DNA of 64,000 nt, from the NCBI GenBank assembly GCA_000004985.1, contig GG738881.1, one strand, 5' to 3'. Shown in pieces: positions 21,734 to 32,116 of this stretch (positions within the stretch are counted from its first letter, which is position 1; each line of letters begins with the position of its first letter). Source of the stretch: Naegleria gruberi. Its lineage: Eukaryota. The position numbers and the translations under genes were made by a program. The notes below the pieces were generated by a model. It did not search any database. It worked only from the letters and a program-made list of their open reading frames with translations, and was not told the origin of the DNA.

Positions 21734-22864
21734 ATGCCATCATTCAATCAGGCCATAAATTTACCATCAGCAACTCGGACATCACTTCTCACGTTAACAA
21801 AACGAACACTTATTGGAATTGACATCCTAGTACTTGTTGTTCCTTCAATAGTTTTTGCAATTTGGTCCTCAATTTTATTATACGATACTATCAAGATTGA
21901 TAATTCTCTATTGATTAAAAATTCAAAGAATTATTCGGATCCATTTTCAGTTATTATTGATGAAAATAATAATTCATCAAGTATTTTTAATTCTACAGCT
22001 GTTTTTGCTAATCAAGACACTGGCAGTTATGTTCCATTGATTTTTCAATGTTTGACATTTTCGATTTTGTTTGGATTGACTATAGCTGATTGGTTGAATG
22101 TTTTGATTGTGAGTTTTGGAGGTGAAATTTGTGAAAGATTTGCATTGTGGAGATGGAAACAGAAAAAGATAAAGGAAAATCCATCACTAGTATTTTCAGA
22201 AGAGACAAATGAGAGGGCAGAGATGGAGGATGCTGCAACAGATGCCAACATTCCACCAATTAATGAACATTGGATTGATGAGGATGATACCTGTGAAATG
22301 GCTCAAACTACTTGTTTGGCTCATGGTGGTTTCATTATTGTGAAATGGATCATTATGGGAGGTATCATTTTGGGTCTCTTTTCTTGGTTTACCTATGAAT
22401 TATTGACGACCAATAATAGATTGAAAGGTGGCAAGAGTATTCTCTCTGGACATGATAACAATACCATAATTGGAAACCCTGCAGTTGGTTCACTTGATTC
22501 AACCTCTGCCTATTGGATCAATTCTCAATTGGCAACACCACTCAACACCACCACCAACACAACCATGGATGCTTGTGCTACCTTATTTTTCACACCAGTT
22601 GGAACCAAAAGTGGCTCTTCCTTTCTAATGCAACGTTCCAAAATCTCTTCCTTTGGAGATTCTGTTTTCATTTACATGTTGGTGAGATGGTTAATCTTTG
22701 GTTTGTCTCTCCTCATTTCAATTTCTGTTAGTATCCTTGTTGCTTGCTTTGGGTGTTGCACCTGTTTCTCTGAGAAGAATAACAAGAAACGAAAATCAAA
22801 TAGAATTGGAGAAAATGTAATCTATCGACCTCTTTCCACTCTATCCGATGAAGAAGACGATTAA
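21734..22864 (+). CDS. Hypothetical polytopic membrane protein, about 376 aa
   Basis: First ATG at 21734 (MPSFNQ); the ORF-finder start is a TTG. About 4 predicted TM helices and an N-glycosylation-rich loop. No recognisable domain. Confidence 0.45.
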   Translation: MPSFNQAINLPSATRTSLLTLTKRTLIGIDILVLVVPSIVFAIWSSILLYDTIKIDNSLLIKNSKNYSDPFSVIIDENNNSSSIFNSTAVFANQDTGSYVPLIFQCLTFSILFGLTIADWLNVLIVSFGGEICERFALWRWKQKKIKENPSLVFSEETNERAEMEDAATDANIPPINEHWIDEDDTCEMAQTTCLAHGGFIIVKWIIMGGIILGLFSWFTYELLTTNNRLKGGKSILSGHDNNTIIGNPAVGSLDSTSAYWINSQLATPLNTTTNTTMDACATLFFTPVGTKSGSSFLMQRSKISSFGDSVFIYMLVRWLIFGLSLLISISVSILVACFGCCTCFSEKNNKKRKSNRIGENVIYRPLSTLSDEEDD

Positions 22865-23234
22865 AAAATGTAATAATTTCAATTTCACACTCTTGCAATT
22901 TGTCCAAGATTCTTGCAAGCAGAAATGTGGCCAGTAAATGGTCAATTCGTCACACCACCGGAAAATTTCAAGCTCTTTCTTTACATGCCCAAATAAATCA
23001 CTGAGTGATGTAGTGTGGGTCCATTCATTCACATTATCTGAGAGAGCACCCACAATACAAACAAAATGGAATTATGTTTAAGGAGTTTATCAAAAAAAAT
23101 TGGTCGATTGGTGCTAGCCTTTATCAAAATTAAACAGCCCCACACAAACCAAGTAAGATTGGATAAGCAACAATAAGAGTTTGAGGACGTGCTTTTTTTG
23201 AAGAGGAGTAATAAGTAAAACAGAGAGAGAAAGG

Positions 23235-23740
23235 ATGCCTCTTAAGAATTGTTTGATAGATTTTGCAGCCTATTTATTTTGTCCTAATGGTTGGTCGTCA
23301 TCAGCCAAATCGGAATCAAAGAGAAGAGTTTCAAGATGGAAGAACTTCTTCACCGATAAGGATTCTAGAAGAAATCATATTGCATCAGAATGGAGAAAAT
23401 ACCTGGTGGTTATCCTGTATGTGTTGATCAATATAGGATTATTCATTGAGGCTGCGTGGAGATGGCACGACATAATCGAACCTGTTGCAAACAGTCTAAC
23501 AGCCTTCCCAAAGGAAGATCGACTTAGGATTACTTGGTATGTTACCTTTGCTAGAGGTTTTGGGCAATTGCTGAATTTCAACTCGGCTCTCTTGATTGTT
23601 CCAACAATGAGAACCCTCTCCAATACATTGAGAACATTGAAATTAGGAAACATTATTACACTCGATAAGAATACCGTCTTCCACAGGTATATTGCCTATT
23701 GGATTGTTGTTTGCACTGTTGGGCACGGATTCTTCCACTA
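23235..23740 (+). CDS. NADPH oxidase (NOX/ferric-reductase family), exon 1: TM helices 1-3
   Basis: ARGFGQLLNFNSALLIVPTMRTLSNTLR and FHRYIAYWIVVCTVGH align with NOX2 helices bearing the haem-binding His. Donor CACTA|GTAAGT, phase 2. Confidence 0.75.
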
Positions 23741-23791
23741 GTAAGTTATTCATTTCTTAACATTTACCAAAAATACTGTTTTTCTTAATAG

Positions 23792-24252
23792 TTTGAATTA
23801 TGCTAGCTATTACTTTGCCTATACTAATACACAAACCAAGGTTGAAAATTCCTTCATGGCCTGTTGGATTCAAAAGTATGGTATTACTGGTAACTTATTG
23901 TGTTTGGTCATGTACTTGATGTATGCCACAAGTCATGCAAATTATAGAAGAACCAAGAATTATACTGTTTTTTGGTATACTCACCACTTGTTTATTGTGT
24001 TCTATGTTCTTTTGCTTGTTCACGGAAAAGTGTTTTGGATTTGGTTTTTGGGACCTTGTGTCTTGTACTTGTTTGAAAGAATTTTGAGAAATGTTAGAGG
24101 TTCTGAGGAAACCATTGTAAAGAAAGTCAATTGTTTACCGAGTAGAGTATTGGAATTAGTATTGGAAAAACCAAGATTTGATTATCGTGCTGGTCAATAT
24201 TGTTTCATTAATTGTCCACTTATCAGTAGATTTGAGTGGCATGCTATGACTA
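23792..24252 (+). CDS. NADPH oxidase, exon 2: TM4-6 and start of FAD-binding domain
   Basis: Acceptor TTCTTAATAG|T. HHLFIVFYVLLLVHG (second haem-His pair), then ...RAGQYCFINCPLISRFEWHAMT. Donor ACTA|GTAAGT, phase 1. Confidence 0.7.
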
Positions 24253-24296
24253 GTAAGTTTTTAAAATAGTTTTCATTTTCTAGAAAAAGAAAATAG

Positions 24297-24480
24297 TTTC
24301 TTCTGCTCCTGAAGATGAATATTTACATTTCCACATCAAGTGTGCTGGAGATTGGACTAATGCTGTAATGGACTTGTTCAATCCTAAACAACATCAAACC
24401 GTTGTAATTGATAAACCAATGACACCTGACAATAAGGATTATTTGATAAAAATTGATGGTCCTTTCGGTACTGCAGCAGA
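24297..24480 (+). CDS. NADPH oxidase, exon 3: FAD-binding subdomain
   Basis: ISSAPEDEYLHFHIKCAGDWTNAV...IDGPFGTAAE. The acceptor is ambiguous: AAAATAG|TT at 24297, or TTCTAG|AA at 24284, which also stays in frame. Donor GCAGA|GTAAGT, phase 2. Confidence 0.55.
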
Positions 24481-24524
24481 GTAAGTTGTTAAACGAATCA
24501 ATGGCTTATTTGAAAATGTAATAG

Positions 24525-25266
24525 TGAGGTATTTGACTATGAAACAGTTGTTTTAATTGCAGCTGGTATTGGTGCTACACCATATGCATCTTTGTTGAAA
24601 CATTTTAATTATACGTTGGATCTTGAAAAGAGAGGAGGAAAGCCATTGAAGATTAAGAAATGTTTCTTCTACTTTATTAATAGAGATCACGGAAGTTGGG
24701 AATGGTTTTCTAACTTGTTGAATGAAATGGAAGACCATCACCCTGAATTTTTCGAGCTCAATACATACATGACTGGTAAATTGAAGGCAGAAGAAATTAA
24801 AAAGCTCTATTTCGGAAGTTCTGAATATCAACAAGCTACTGGTCACAAACAAACTGCTGATGTTCTTTTGAGAGCCATGTATGACTATACACCTGTTAGT
24901 TCTGATGAGTTGGAACTCCATGCCAATGATATCATTTCTTTGAAGGAACAAGACGAATCTGGATGGTGGGAAGGAACCAATCTCACTACCAATGAATCTG
25001 GTTTATTCCCAAGCAATTACGTTATTCACATTGATGCACTCACCAAGTTGAGAGAAAATAAGAATCGTCACTATGGTAGACCAGATTGGGAAAGAGATTT
25101 GGCTTCTGTTAGAAATTATGCAGAAAAGGCTCATACTCGTAAGGGAAGAGCTAAGGTTGGTGTCTTTGTTTGTGGTCCTCCAGCATTGTCAAAGGATGTC
25201 TATTCGTACTCTTTATCTATGAGTAGTCCTACTGTTCAATTCGTTTATCACAAGGAAAACTTTTAA
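24525..25266 (+). CDS. NADPH oxidase, exon 4: NADPH-binding domain with an embedded SH3 domain
   Basis: Acceptor AATGTAATAG|T gives D-EVFDYETVVLIAAGIGATPYASLLKHF, matching NOX2 [27 protein letters not shown]. An in-frame SH3 domain follows (ALYDYTP...GWWEG...GLFPSNYV). Then the NOX C-terminus HYGRPDWER...GVFVCGPPALSK...FVYHKENF. Confidence 0.7.
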
Positions 25267-25396
25267 TTACAATATTTAATATTCAATCAAGTGTTAAAAA
25301 CACCTTAATAAAGTTCATTTCCAACTTGATATTAAATAATTGAAATAAAAATAGAATTCATGTTCAATTAAAATAATAAAATTATTAATAAAAAAT

Positions 25397-25754
25397 ATGC
25401 CACACATTGCAGTAGAAGGATGTTGTCATGGTGATCTCGACAAGATCTATGCAACACTAGAGCATGCCATTGAACAAAAACAATTAAAGGATCAACAAGA
25501 ATTAGCCTTGAAATCTGTCGAATCGGATGATGATTTTTTAAATGCTCTCGAAGAATACAAAAAACCAAGCATTGATCTCTTACTTGTTTGTGGAGATTTT
25601 GAATGTATTAGACATGCAGATGATTTAAATAGTATGAGTGTACCTGATAAATATAAGGAATGGAAGGATTTTCACAAATATTTCCCTCAAAGTCAACTCC
25701 GAAAGGAAGGAGAAGAAACTAAAGTAGCACCAATGCCAACATTATTCATTGGAG
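25397..25754 (+). CDS. DBR1: Lariat debranching enzyme DBR1, exon 1
   Basis: MPHIAVEGCCHGDLDKIYATLE, the metallophosphoesterase motif I-II region of DBR1. Donor GGAG|GTTTGT, phase 1. Confidence 0.8.
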
Positions 25755-25859
25755 GTTTGTTTTTTTAATTTCAACACATAATTCTAATTTACATTGGATT
25801 AATTTTCATCTAATCTGGTAAAATATGATGATGATGAATTTTAATAATTAATATTTTAG

Positions 25860-27034
25860 GAAATCATGAAGCTAGTCTCTACTTGATGAGTTTACCATTT
25901 GGTGGATTTGTGACTGATAAAATTTATTTTATGGGAAATTGTGGATTTGTTCAATTCAAGAAGAAGTTTTCAAATGGTAGAATGACCAGTATGAGAATTG
26001 GAGGTTGGAGTGGAATTTATAAGGATAATGATTTTTGGAAGGATAGTGCAAGATTTTTACTTCCAAAACAAGAAAAGGGACTCGCTCAGGAAGAAGATAC
26101 AAACCTAGGAACTACTCTGTTCGATGAACAACATGTACCATTCTCTGAGAATGCAAAGAGAAGTGTTTATCATGTGAGATTTTTCGAATTTTGGAAAATA
26201 ATGAATATGAAACTATGTTTGAAAGCTAAAGAAGAAAGTCAACCTCTTGATATTTTCCTTTCGCATGATTGGCCAACTGGAGTGACTAGACATGGTGATT
26301 TGACAAATATTAGACGTTTTAAGGATCATGTAATGAAGGAAATTGAGGAATCAGATCACAAACTTGGAAATCCTTGGGGAGAGAAATTATTGACCGAATT
26401 AGAGCCAAAGTTTTGGTTTGCTGCCCACATGCATTGTAAATTCTCCTCCGTTGTTACACATACAGAGACAGTTTCTCAATCTAGCACTTTGAAGAAGAAT
26501 ACCAAATTCCTTGCTCTGGATAAGTGTTTACCAAAGAGAGACTTTTTACAAATGGTTGATATGGATCACTATATTGAATACGCCAACCACGATGAACTAT
26601 TGGAAAATGAAAAGGAAGGAGAATACTATTTTGATTTGGATTGGCTTGCCATCACAAAATTGTTCCATGCCTACAGATATGAAATCTCCAAATTATTGAA
26701 ACAACCAAATATTCAAAAGATTCAAAGAAATGCCGATCAACTAGACAAGAATTTCAATTATTCTCAAATTGTAGAACACGTCAACTCTACGCCTCTCCCA
26801 TTCATAAAGAGTAGAATGTATCCTCTCTTCACTTTGGAAGAAATTGAGAAGGAAAAGAATTGGATTCTCGAGAGAAGTAAGACCTATGATGATGGAAAGT
26901 TTGCCAATTTGCGTATCCCAATACCAACAAGCTATTCTTTGGGTGCTTTGAATGGTAATGTAAATGAAAGATTGCCACTTCAAATGAATCCTCAAACTGT
27001 TGAACTATTGGACTTTCTTGGATTGAATGAATAA
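25860..27034 (+). CDS. DBR1: DBR1, exon 2
   Basis: Acceptor ATATTTTAG|G gives FIGG-NHEASLYLMSLPFGG (GNHE motif). DBR1-specific C-terminal domain. Intron 25755-25859 (105 nt). Confidence 0.8.
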
Positions 27035-27260
27035 ATTGTAAAATTACAGTGATTTACGATACGAATGATTATTCCAATGGCACAAACAATAATAATGTAA
27101 TTAATTAGGTTTAAAATATCAATTCCAATCTCCAAAACACGTTCCAGTACTGAACCCCATTATCATTATTCCCAATCAAAACAAGATTGAGATTTATTCG
27201 AATGTTGTGAATAAGTAAATTGTAAGGCATAAGAAACAGTTGCAATATTTTAATATTTAA

Positions 27261-28025
27261 TTACAGTCCAGGTCCGAGTGGAACTCTGTGAATTACTGAA
27301 AAACTAGTTTCCTTATCAGGTCTGTAAATAAGACAAACTTCATTCACTCTGACAGTGACAGGTTTCCATTTAGAATTTAGTTCCTTAACCTTCTTTTCCA
27401 CAAACTTTAAAGCTTGTTGTCCAACAGTCAAGTGAGGCACAAATTCACCCTTCTCATTCTTCTTCTCATCACAATATGGAAATAGTTCTGCAATCAATGC
27501 TTGCACTTGTTGCAATTTCTTTATACTTTCCTCATCCTGATCCAACCACATAACACTCGAATTCTTGGCAAAATAATTCACTCCACTAAATGTAATATCA
27601 AACGGCTCAACACGTGCCAATTTCTCCCTAATTAATTCCTGAGCTTGTTCAAAGTATTGCTCTGGAATGAACGGAAAGAGGAAATTAATGTGTGGAGGCC
27701 ATCTTTCATAAGCTTTATCCATCACTGATCTCATCTCTTGAATAGGTTCCCATATTTCTGTTGGTGCAATAAAACAACAAGCTGTATGGAAAGCCTTTGA
27801 TGAATTATTCTTTACATCTGAAGAGGATGATGAAAATATATTTCCAAATGTTGATTCAATTTCTGTGGTTCCGTACTCCATCAAGAGTGCTTCCTTTTCC
27901 TTCTTACCATTATTCTTCTTCTTTTGATTATTATTTAAATTATTGTTATTATTATTAGCTTGTGATGGTGATGAGGCAACATGTTGAGAGGAGAATGAAA
28001 ATTGTTTAGATGTGGATGACGACAT
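27261..28025 (-). CDS. 2H-phosphoesterase (LigT / cyclic-phosphodiesterase-like) protein, about 254 aa
   Basis: Start placed at the internal Met MSSSTSKQF at 28025. The ORF-finder's 91-aa N-terminal extension lacks coding character. LigT-like layout: FIAPTE...RWPPHINFLFPF (variant first motif, H-x-N-x) and HLTVGQ (canonical H-x-T-x). Confidence 0.5.
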   Translation of the reverse strand: MSSSTSKQFSFSSQHVASSPSQANNNNNNLNNNQKKKNNGKKEKEALLMEYGTTEIESTFGNIFSSSSSDVKNNSSKAFHTACCFIAPTEIWEPIQEMRSVMDKAYERWPPHINFLFPFIPEQYFEQAQELIREKLARVEPFDITFSGVNYFAKNSSVMWLDQDEESIKKLQQVQALIAELFPYCDEKKNEKGEFVPHLTVGQQALKFVEKKVKELNSKWKPVTVRVNEVCLIYRPDKETSFSVIHRVPLGPGL

Positions 28026-28308
28026 GATTAATAATGATTCTGCAGCTAGTACTTGTCTAATTAAATTATTCGTTATTGTCTTGTTTTTAAATAATATGAA
28101 ACTCTTTGATCGGAGCAAACGCGAGTTGTAACTTTTTAAAATAAATTTTTTCATGATATCAATTTTGGAAATGCACAGTTTGATAAGCTTGAAAGTTTGA
28201 TTATCAACTTGCACCTTCACATCATTGTATAAGTGGCGTGTAATATTAACACAATACATTACAAAGATTACAATACAGATATTTTGTAAAAGTTTCACTT
28301 GTTGATTG

Positions 28309-28423
28309 ATGAAAGGTTGTGCTGAGAAGAGTGTTCTAATGTTTAGAGTGGAATGTTAGGGACTTAAAAGCATAATTCAGTTCCTTGTGTAAGAAGTCGT
28401 GCTGAGAAGGGTTTCTAACATTC
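28309..28423. repeat. Pair of about 25-bp imperfect direct repeats (GTGCTGAGAAG-rGT-TTCTAA...) 90 bp apart in a 1-kb ORF-free region
   Basis: 28309-28334 gtgctgagaagagtgttctaatgttt versus 28399-28423 gtgctgagaagggtttctaacattcg. Confidence 0.5.
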
Positions 28424-29361
28424 GATTGAAAGTTAACGATTATGTGAAATAAATCATCTTTCTAAAAAAGGGAAAAAAGAGTTTTTGTGGTAGGTTTGTA
28501 GCGTGTTTTGGTTGAATCAAGCTCTTAGTGAAAAACAACGGCACTTTCAACAACTTTCCAATAGTCACCAACTTGTCATTGAAATGTTTTCATAATTAAA
28601 AAGAGAAGAACCACTAAACATTTCACCAATTATCATACTAATCAAAACATGCTTTACCAAATATTAATTCTTACAACAAGTTCTCTTTGTTTCTTTAGAG
28701 TGACAGTGTTGAAAACTGTTCGAAACTTGAATAAAAATCCTTCGAAAGAACATCCTGACCAAAAATGACACGTCTCATCACACAACAACACTAAACAAAT
28801 CGGATCGTTGACGCATAGTTCTCAAATAGTGATACTGATTTTGATGAATTTGCTCATTCGTATTTTCTGATACATTGCTTTTACTTTACCAAGAAGAAAA
28901 AAACCAATCGATTATTGTTTCACTATTCACTGCCATCAACACTCCATTCTCCAATCAAACTCATTTGGCATCAAGAAGTGTTGGACGAATCACAGAGAAA
29001 TTAGACGAAAGAAGAAGAAACTCATCTTGTTAAGCCTTTTTTCCAAAGAACAATTCACCACCTCTTCCAATACTGTTGGCAAACACCGGGTTATTGCTTT
29101 TCTGGTGTTGTTTCCAATCGACCTCCACCACACAAGAGCTCTTTTGAAATATTACATCACATCCAACAAAACAACAACAATATAACATTATCATCCTACA
29201 TTGGAAATTGATCCTCATTCTCATCATCATCATCTGCTTAGTCTCATACAACATTTTGTTGCGGCAGCATCACCATTCTGATATAATTTCCTTTATCATT
29301 ACTTTCCCAATACCACTACTGTACCATCATCATTACTAAACAAACAATACATTAATCAAAC

Positions 29362-30264
29362 ATGCCCAATAATCCTTCCCCTACTACTTCTCAGCAACAT
29401 GTTCTTTCCCTTCTCCAGCAACAACAACAGCAACAACAGCAATTTTTACAAATTATCAATTTGGCGGCAAACAACAATCCAAGTCCCAACCAGCTACAAA
29501 TGAATCCACAACAACATGTTTCCCTCCAAAATCTCAATCAATCCCCAACCACTCCAAACAGCAGTAGTACTAGTGGCAGTCAAACACCTCTGAGTACTGG
29601 TAATGGGAGTCCTGCTAATGGCTTGTCTCCTTCCCTAATTTTCAATACTTCTTCTTCGATAAGTAATAATAATAATACAAATGGTGCTGGTGGTGGATCT
29701 GGAAGTGGAAATAGCATGCAAACAACACCTTGGTTTTTGAATCAAAACAATAATATTAATAATAATAATAGTGGAAATAATAATGGAAATAATAATAATC
29801 AGCAAAGATCAAATTCATTGGGAAGTTCGAGTCATGTGAATGAATCATCATCTTTTGGAAATAAGAAATTAATAATGAATAATAATAATAATTTATTATT
29901 GAATCATGGTGGTCAATTGATACATCAAGGAAATTCATCACCTTCTACTCCTCTCAATAACAAGTCAATTCTGCAATCAATGATTACTCCACCAAGCACT
30001 TCATCCTCACCATCTACCAATAATAACACGACTCCACCATCAGCTAATTTCATTCCTCCTGGTTATGTTCCTCTGAATGCTGTTTCGAATCAACAAATTG
30101 TTGGTGCTCAACCACAACAACAACAACGAAACATTTCAATGCAAAATCAGCAAGTGGGAAATCCATTAGTTGAAAAATTGAGACAATTGTTACAATTAAT
30201 GAGGATTAGAGGAAGATCCAAATCATCCAATGTTCAAAACAGTTTCACACCAAATGATAACTAA
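29362..30264 (+). CDS. Q/N/S-rich low-complexity (prion-like) protein, 5' part
   Basis: ATG at 29362. PolyQ run, N runs, S/T runs. No enzymatic motif; probably a transcriptional regulator. Confidence 0.5.
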   Translation: MPNNPSPTTSQQHVLSLLQQQQQQQQQFLQIINLAANNNPSPNQLQMNPQQHVSLQNLNQSPTTPNSSSTSGSQTPLSTGNGSPANGLSPSLIFNTSSSISNNNNTNGAGGGSGSGNSMQTTPWFLNQNNNINNNNSGNNNGNNNNQQRSNSLGSSSHVNESSSFGNKKLIMNNNNNLLLNHGGQLIHQGNSSPSTPLNNKSILQSMITPPSTSSSPSTNNNTTPPSANFIPPGYVPLNAVSNQQIVGAQPQQQQRNISMQNQQVGNPLVEKLRQLLQLMRIRGRSKSSNVQNSFTPNDN

Positions 30265-30700
30265 TCAAATTATGCAAATTGTACAACAAATAGGAGGAGA
30301 TGGAAGTGCTTTTGGTGTTGACATGTTTCTGAATTCTCTAAAATCTCAACAACAACAAATTAATGTAAATAATAATAATAATAGAAATAATAGTGTGATG
30401 CAATCTGTTCATCCTCAAACAGTTGGCCACCTTTCACAGCAAGCCCAACAGATGCAACACAATATATACAAACAAACACAACAACAAGCATTGATATCCC
30501 AGCAATTTAGTCCAATGATTTCTACGACCACTTCGATATCTTCATCCTCAGTTGGATCGAATAATACTCAACAAGTGGACACTATGATGTTGGATAATGA
30601 TATGGATTTTGAAATATTCAAATCTACAATATTAGGAAATGACAATACAGTATTTCCATTGAAATTGGATTTTAGTGATCTAGTTGACTTTAAAAAGTAA
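30230..30700 (+). CDS. Q/N-rich protein, 3' part in the +1 frame, probably the same gene as 29362-30264
   Basis: Same composition continues in another frame with a 35-bp overlap. No usable GT...AG pair to join the frames, so this is either a frameshift (sequencing error) or two genes. Confidence 0.35.
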   Translation: MFKTVSHQMITNQIMQIVQQIGGDGSAFGVDMFLNSLKSQQQQINVNNNNNRNNSVMQSVHPQTVGHLSQQAQQMQHNIYKQTQQQALISQQFSPMISTTTSISSSSVGSNNTQQVDTMMLDNDMDFEIFKSTILGNDNTVFPLKLDFSDLVDFKK

Positions 30701-30837
30701 AATGTACCATATTAATTGTTCAACTTTTTTGATGGGATTCATTACCTTACACATTAATAATTGATTTGTTTCCATTCCTCATCTAAATTCAGTAGAAAGT
30801 TCATAAAACTTTGAACTTTTTTACAAATCAAAAAAAA

Positions 30838-31995
30838 ATGAAAAACGACAAATCCAAGGAAAATGTTGATAAAAGTTCTTCGGAGGAAATGGTAATACAA
30901 AATTCTAAAGATATGACTACATTGATCGATTCTTGTCGGAAAATTCAAGAACAAAAGCAATATCATTCCATTACACAAATTGAATTTATTAATCTTGCTA
31001 CTAACAAATTAATACATCCATTCAATAATTACAATTTAAAAGGATTTAATATGAGACAAATTAATTTAGCAGATTTTCTAGTGAGAGATACAATTATTTC
31101 AGATAGTGATTTTACTGAAAGTAAATTGGAAAATATTCAATTCATTCTTTGTAAATTTAATAATAGTAATTTTAATTATGAGAATTTTGAAAATGTTACA
31201 TTTACAGATTGTATTTATGATGATAATTGTTCATTTTCAGGTGAAAAACAATTAAAAGGAATAGCTCTAAATCAAAATAGTATTAAATTTGAAATTTTGG
31301 ATCAAAAAAATAATTGGATTATTAATTATTTAGATCTCAATAATAATGTTGGATATAAACTTGCTAAATTTATTGGTAAATTGAATAATTTAATAACACT
31401 AAATATCACTTCTTGTAATATTGGAGAAGAAGGTTCAAAGGAAATTGCTAAATTAAGTAATTTAACAGAACTTAAAATTGATAATAACAATATTGGATCT
31501 GAAGGTGTAAAATATATTGCTCAATTGAGTAATTTAACATCACTTAATGTATATAATAATAACATTGGAACAGAAGGTGCAAAAGAAATTGGTAAATTAC
31601 TAAATTTAAAAACTCTTAATATTGATAATAATTATATTGGAGATGAAGGAGCACAAGAAATTTCCAAATTAATCAATTTAACATCATTAAATATGTATAA
31701 AAATAGTATCGGATATGAGGGTGCAAAAGCAATTTCTAAATTGGGTAATTTAAGAGCTCTTACTATATATAATAATTATATTGGAGAAGAAGGTGCAAAA
31801 GAAATTAGTAAATTGACTAACTTAACCTCGCTCAATATCAGTAATAATAATATTGGAGATGAAGGCGCAAAAGAAATTACTAAATTAAGTAATTTAACAG
31901 GACTTAAAATTGATAATAATAATATTGGATATGAAGCTGCTAAAGAAATCAGGCAATTGTTGAAGAATTTAAAATATTTGGGAAACATCAATTAA
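30838..31995 (+). CDS. Leucine-rich-repeat protein, RNI/ribonuclease-inhibitor type, about 385 aa
   Basis: At least 11 tandem 24-aa repeats LxNLTxLNIxNNNIGDEGAKEIxK. First ATG at 30838. Confidence 0.75.
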   Translation: MKNDKSKENVDKSSSEEMVIQNSKDMTTLIDSCRKIQEQKQYHSITQIEFINLATNKLIHPFNNYNLKGFNMRQINLADFLVRDTIISDSDFTESKLENIQFILCKFNNSNFNYENFENVTFTDCIYDDNCSFSGEKQLKGIALNQNSIKFEILDQKNNWIINYLDLNNNVGYKLAKFIGKLNNLITLNITSCNIGEEGSKEIAKLSNLTELKIDNNNIGSEGVKYIAQLSNLTSLNVYNNNIGTEGAKEIGKLLNLKTLNIDNNYIGDEGAQEISKLINLTSLNMYKNSIGYEGAKAISKLGNLRALTIYNNYIGEEGAKEISKLTNLTSLNISNNNIGDEGAKEITKLSNLTGLKIDNNNIGYEAAKEIRQLLKNLKYLGNIN

Positions 31996-32116
31996 CTAGG
32001 TCTCAGTTCAGTAAAGCGAAGATTCATGCAAAGATTCCAATGAGTGTTATTTTTGCTGGTGGTAACAATCCTTTTCAATCAACTTATCAATGAAGAATAT
32101 GATATTTAATATACAT

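Noticed and set aside
27261-28298. 91-aa N-terminal extension of the 2H phosphoesterase ORF (MKLLQNICIV...)
   Set aside because: Hydrophobic/low-complexity, no homology to the LigT fold, and overlaps AT-rich promoter-like sequence. Start placed at the internal ATG 28025; a start at the Met about 28151 with a targeting peptide cannot be excluded.
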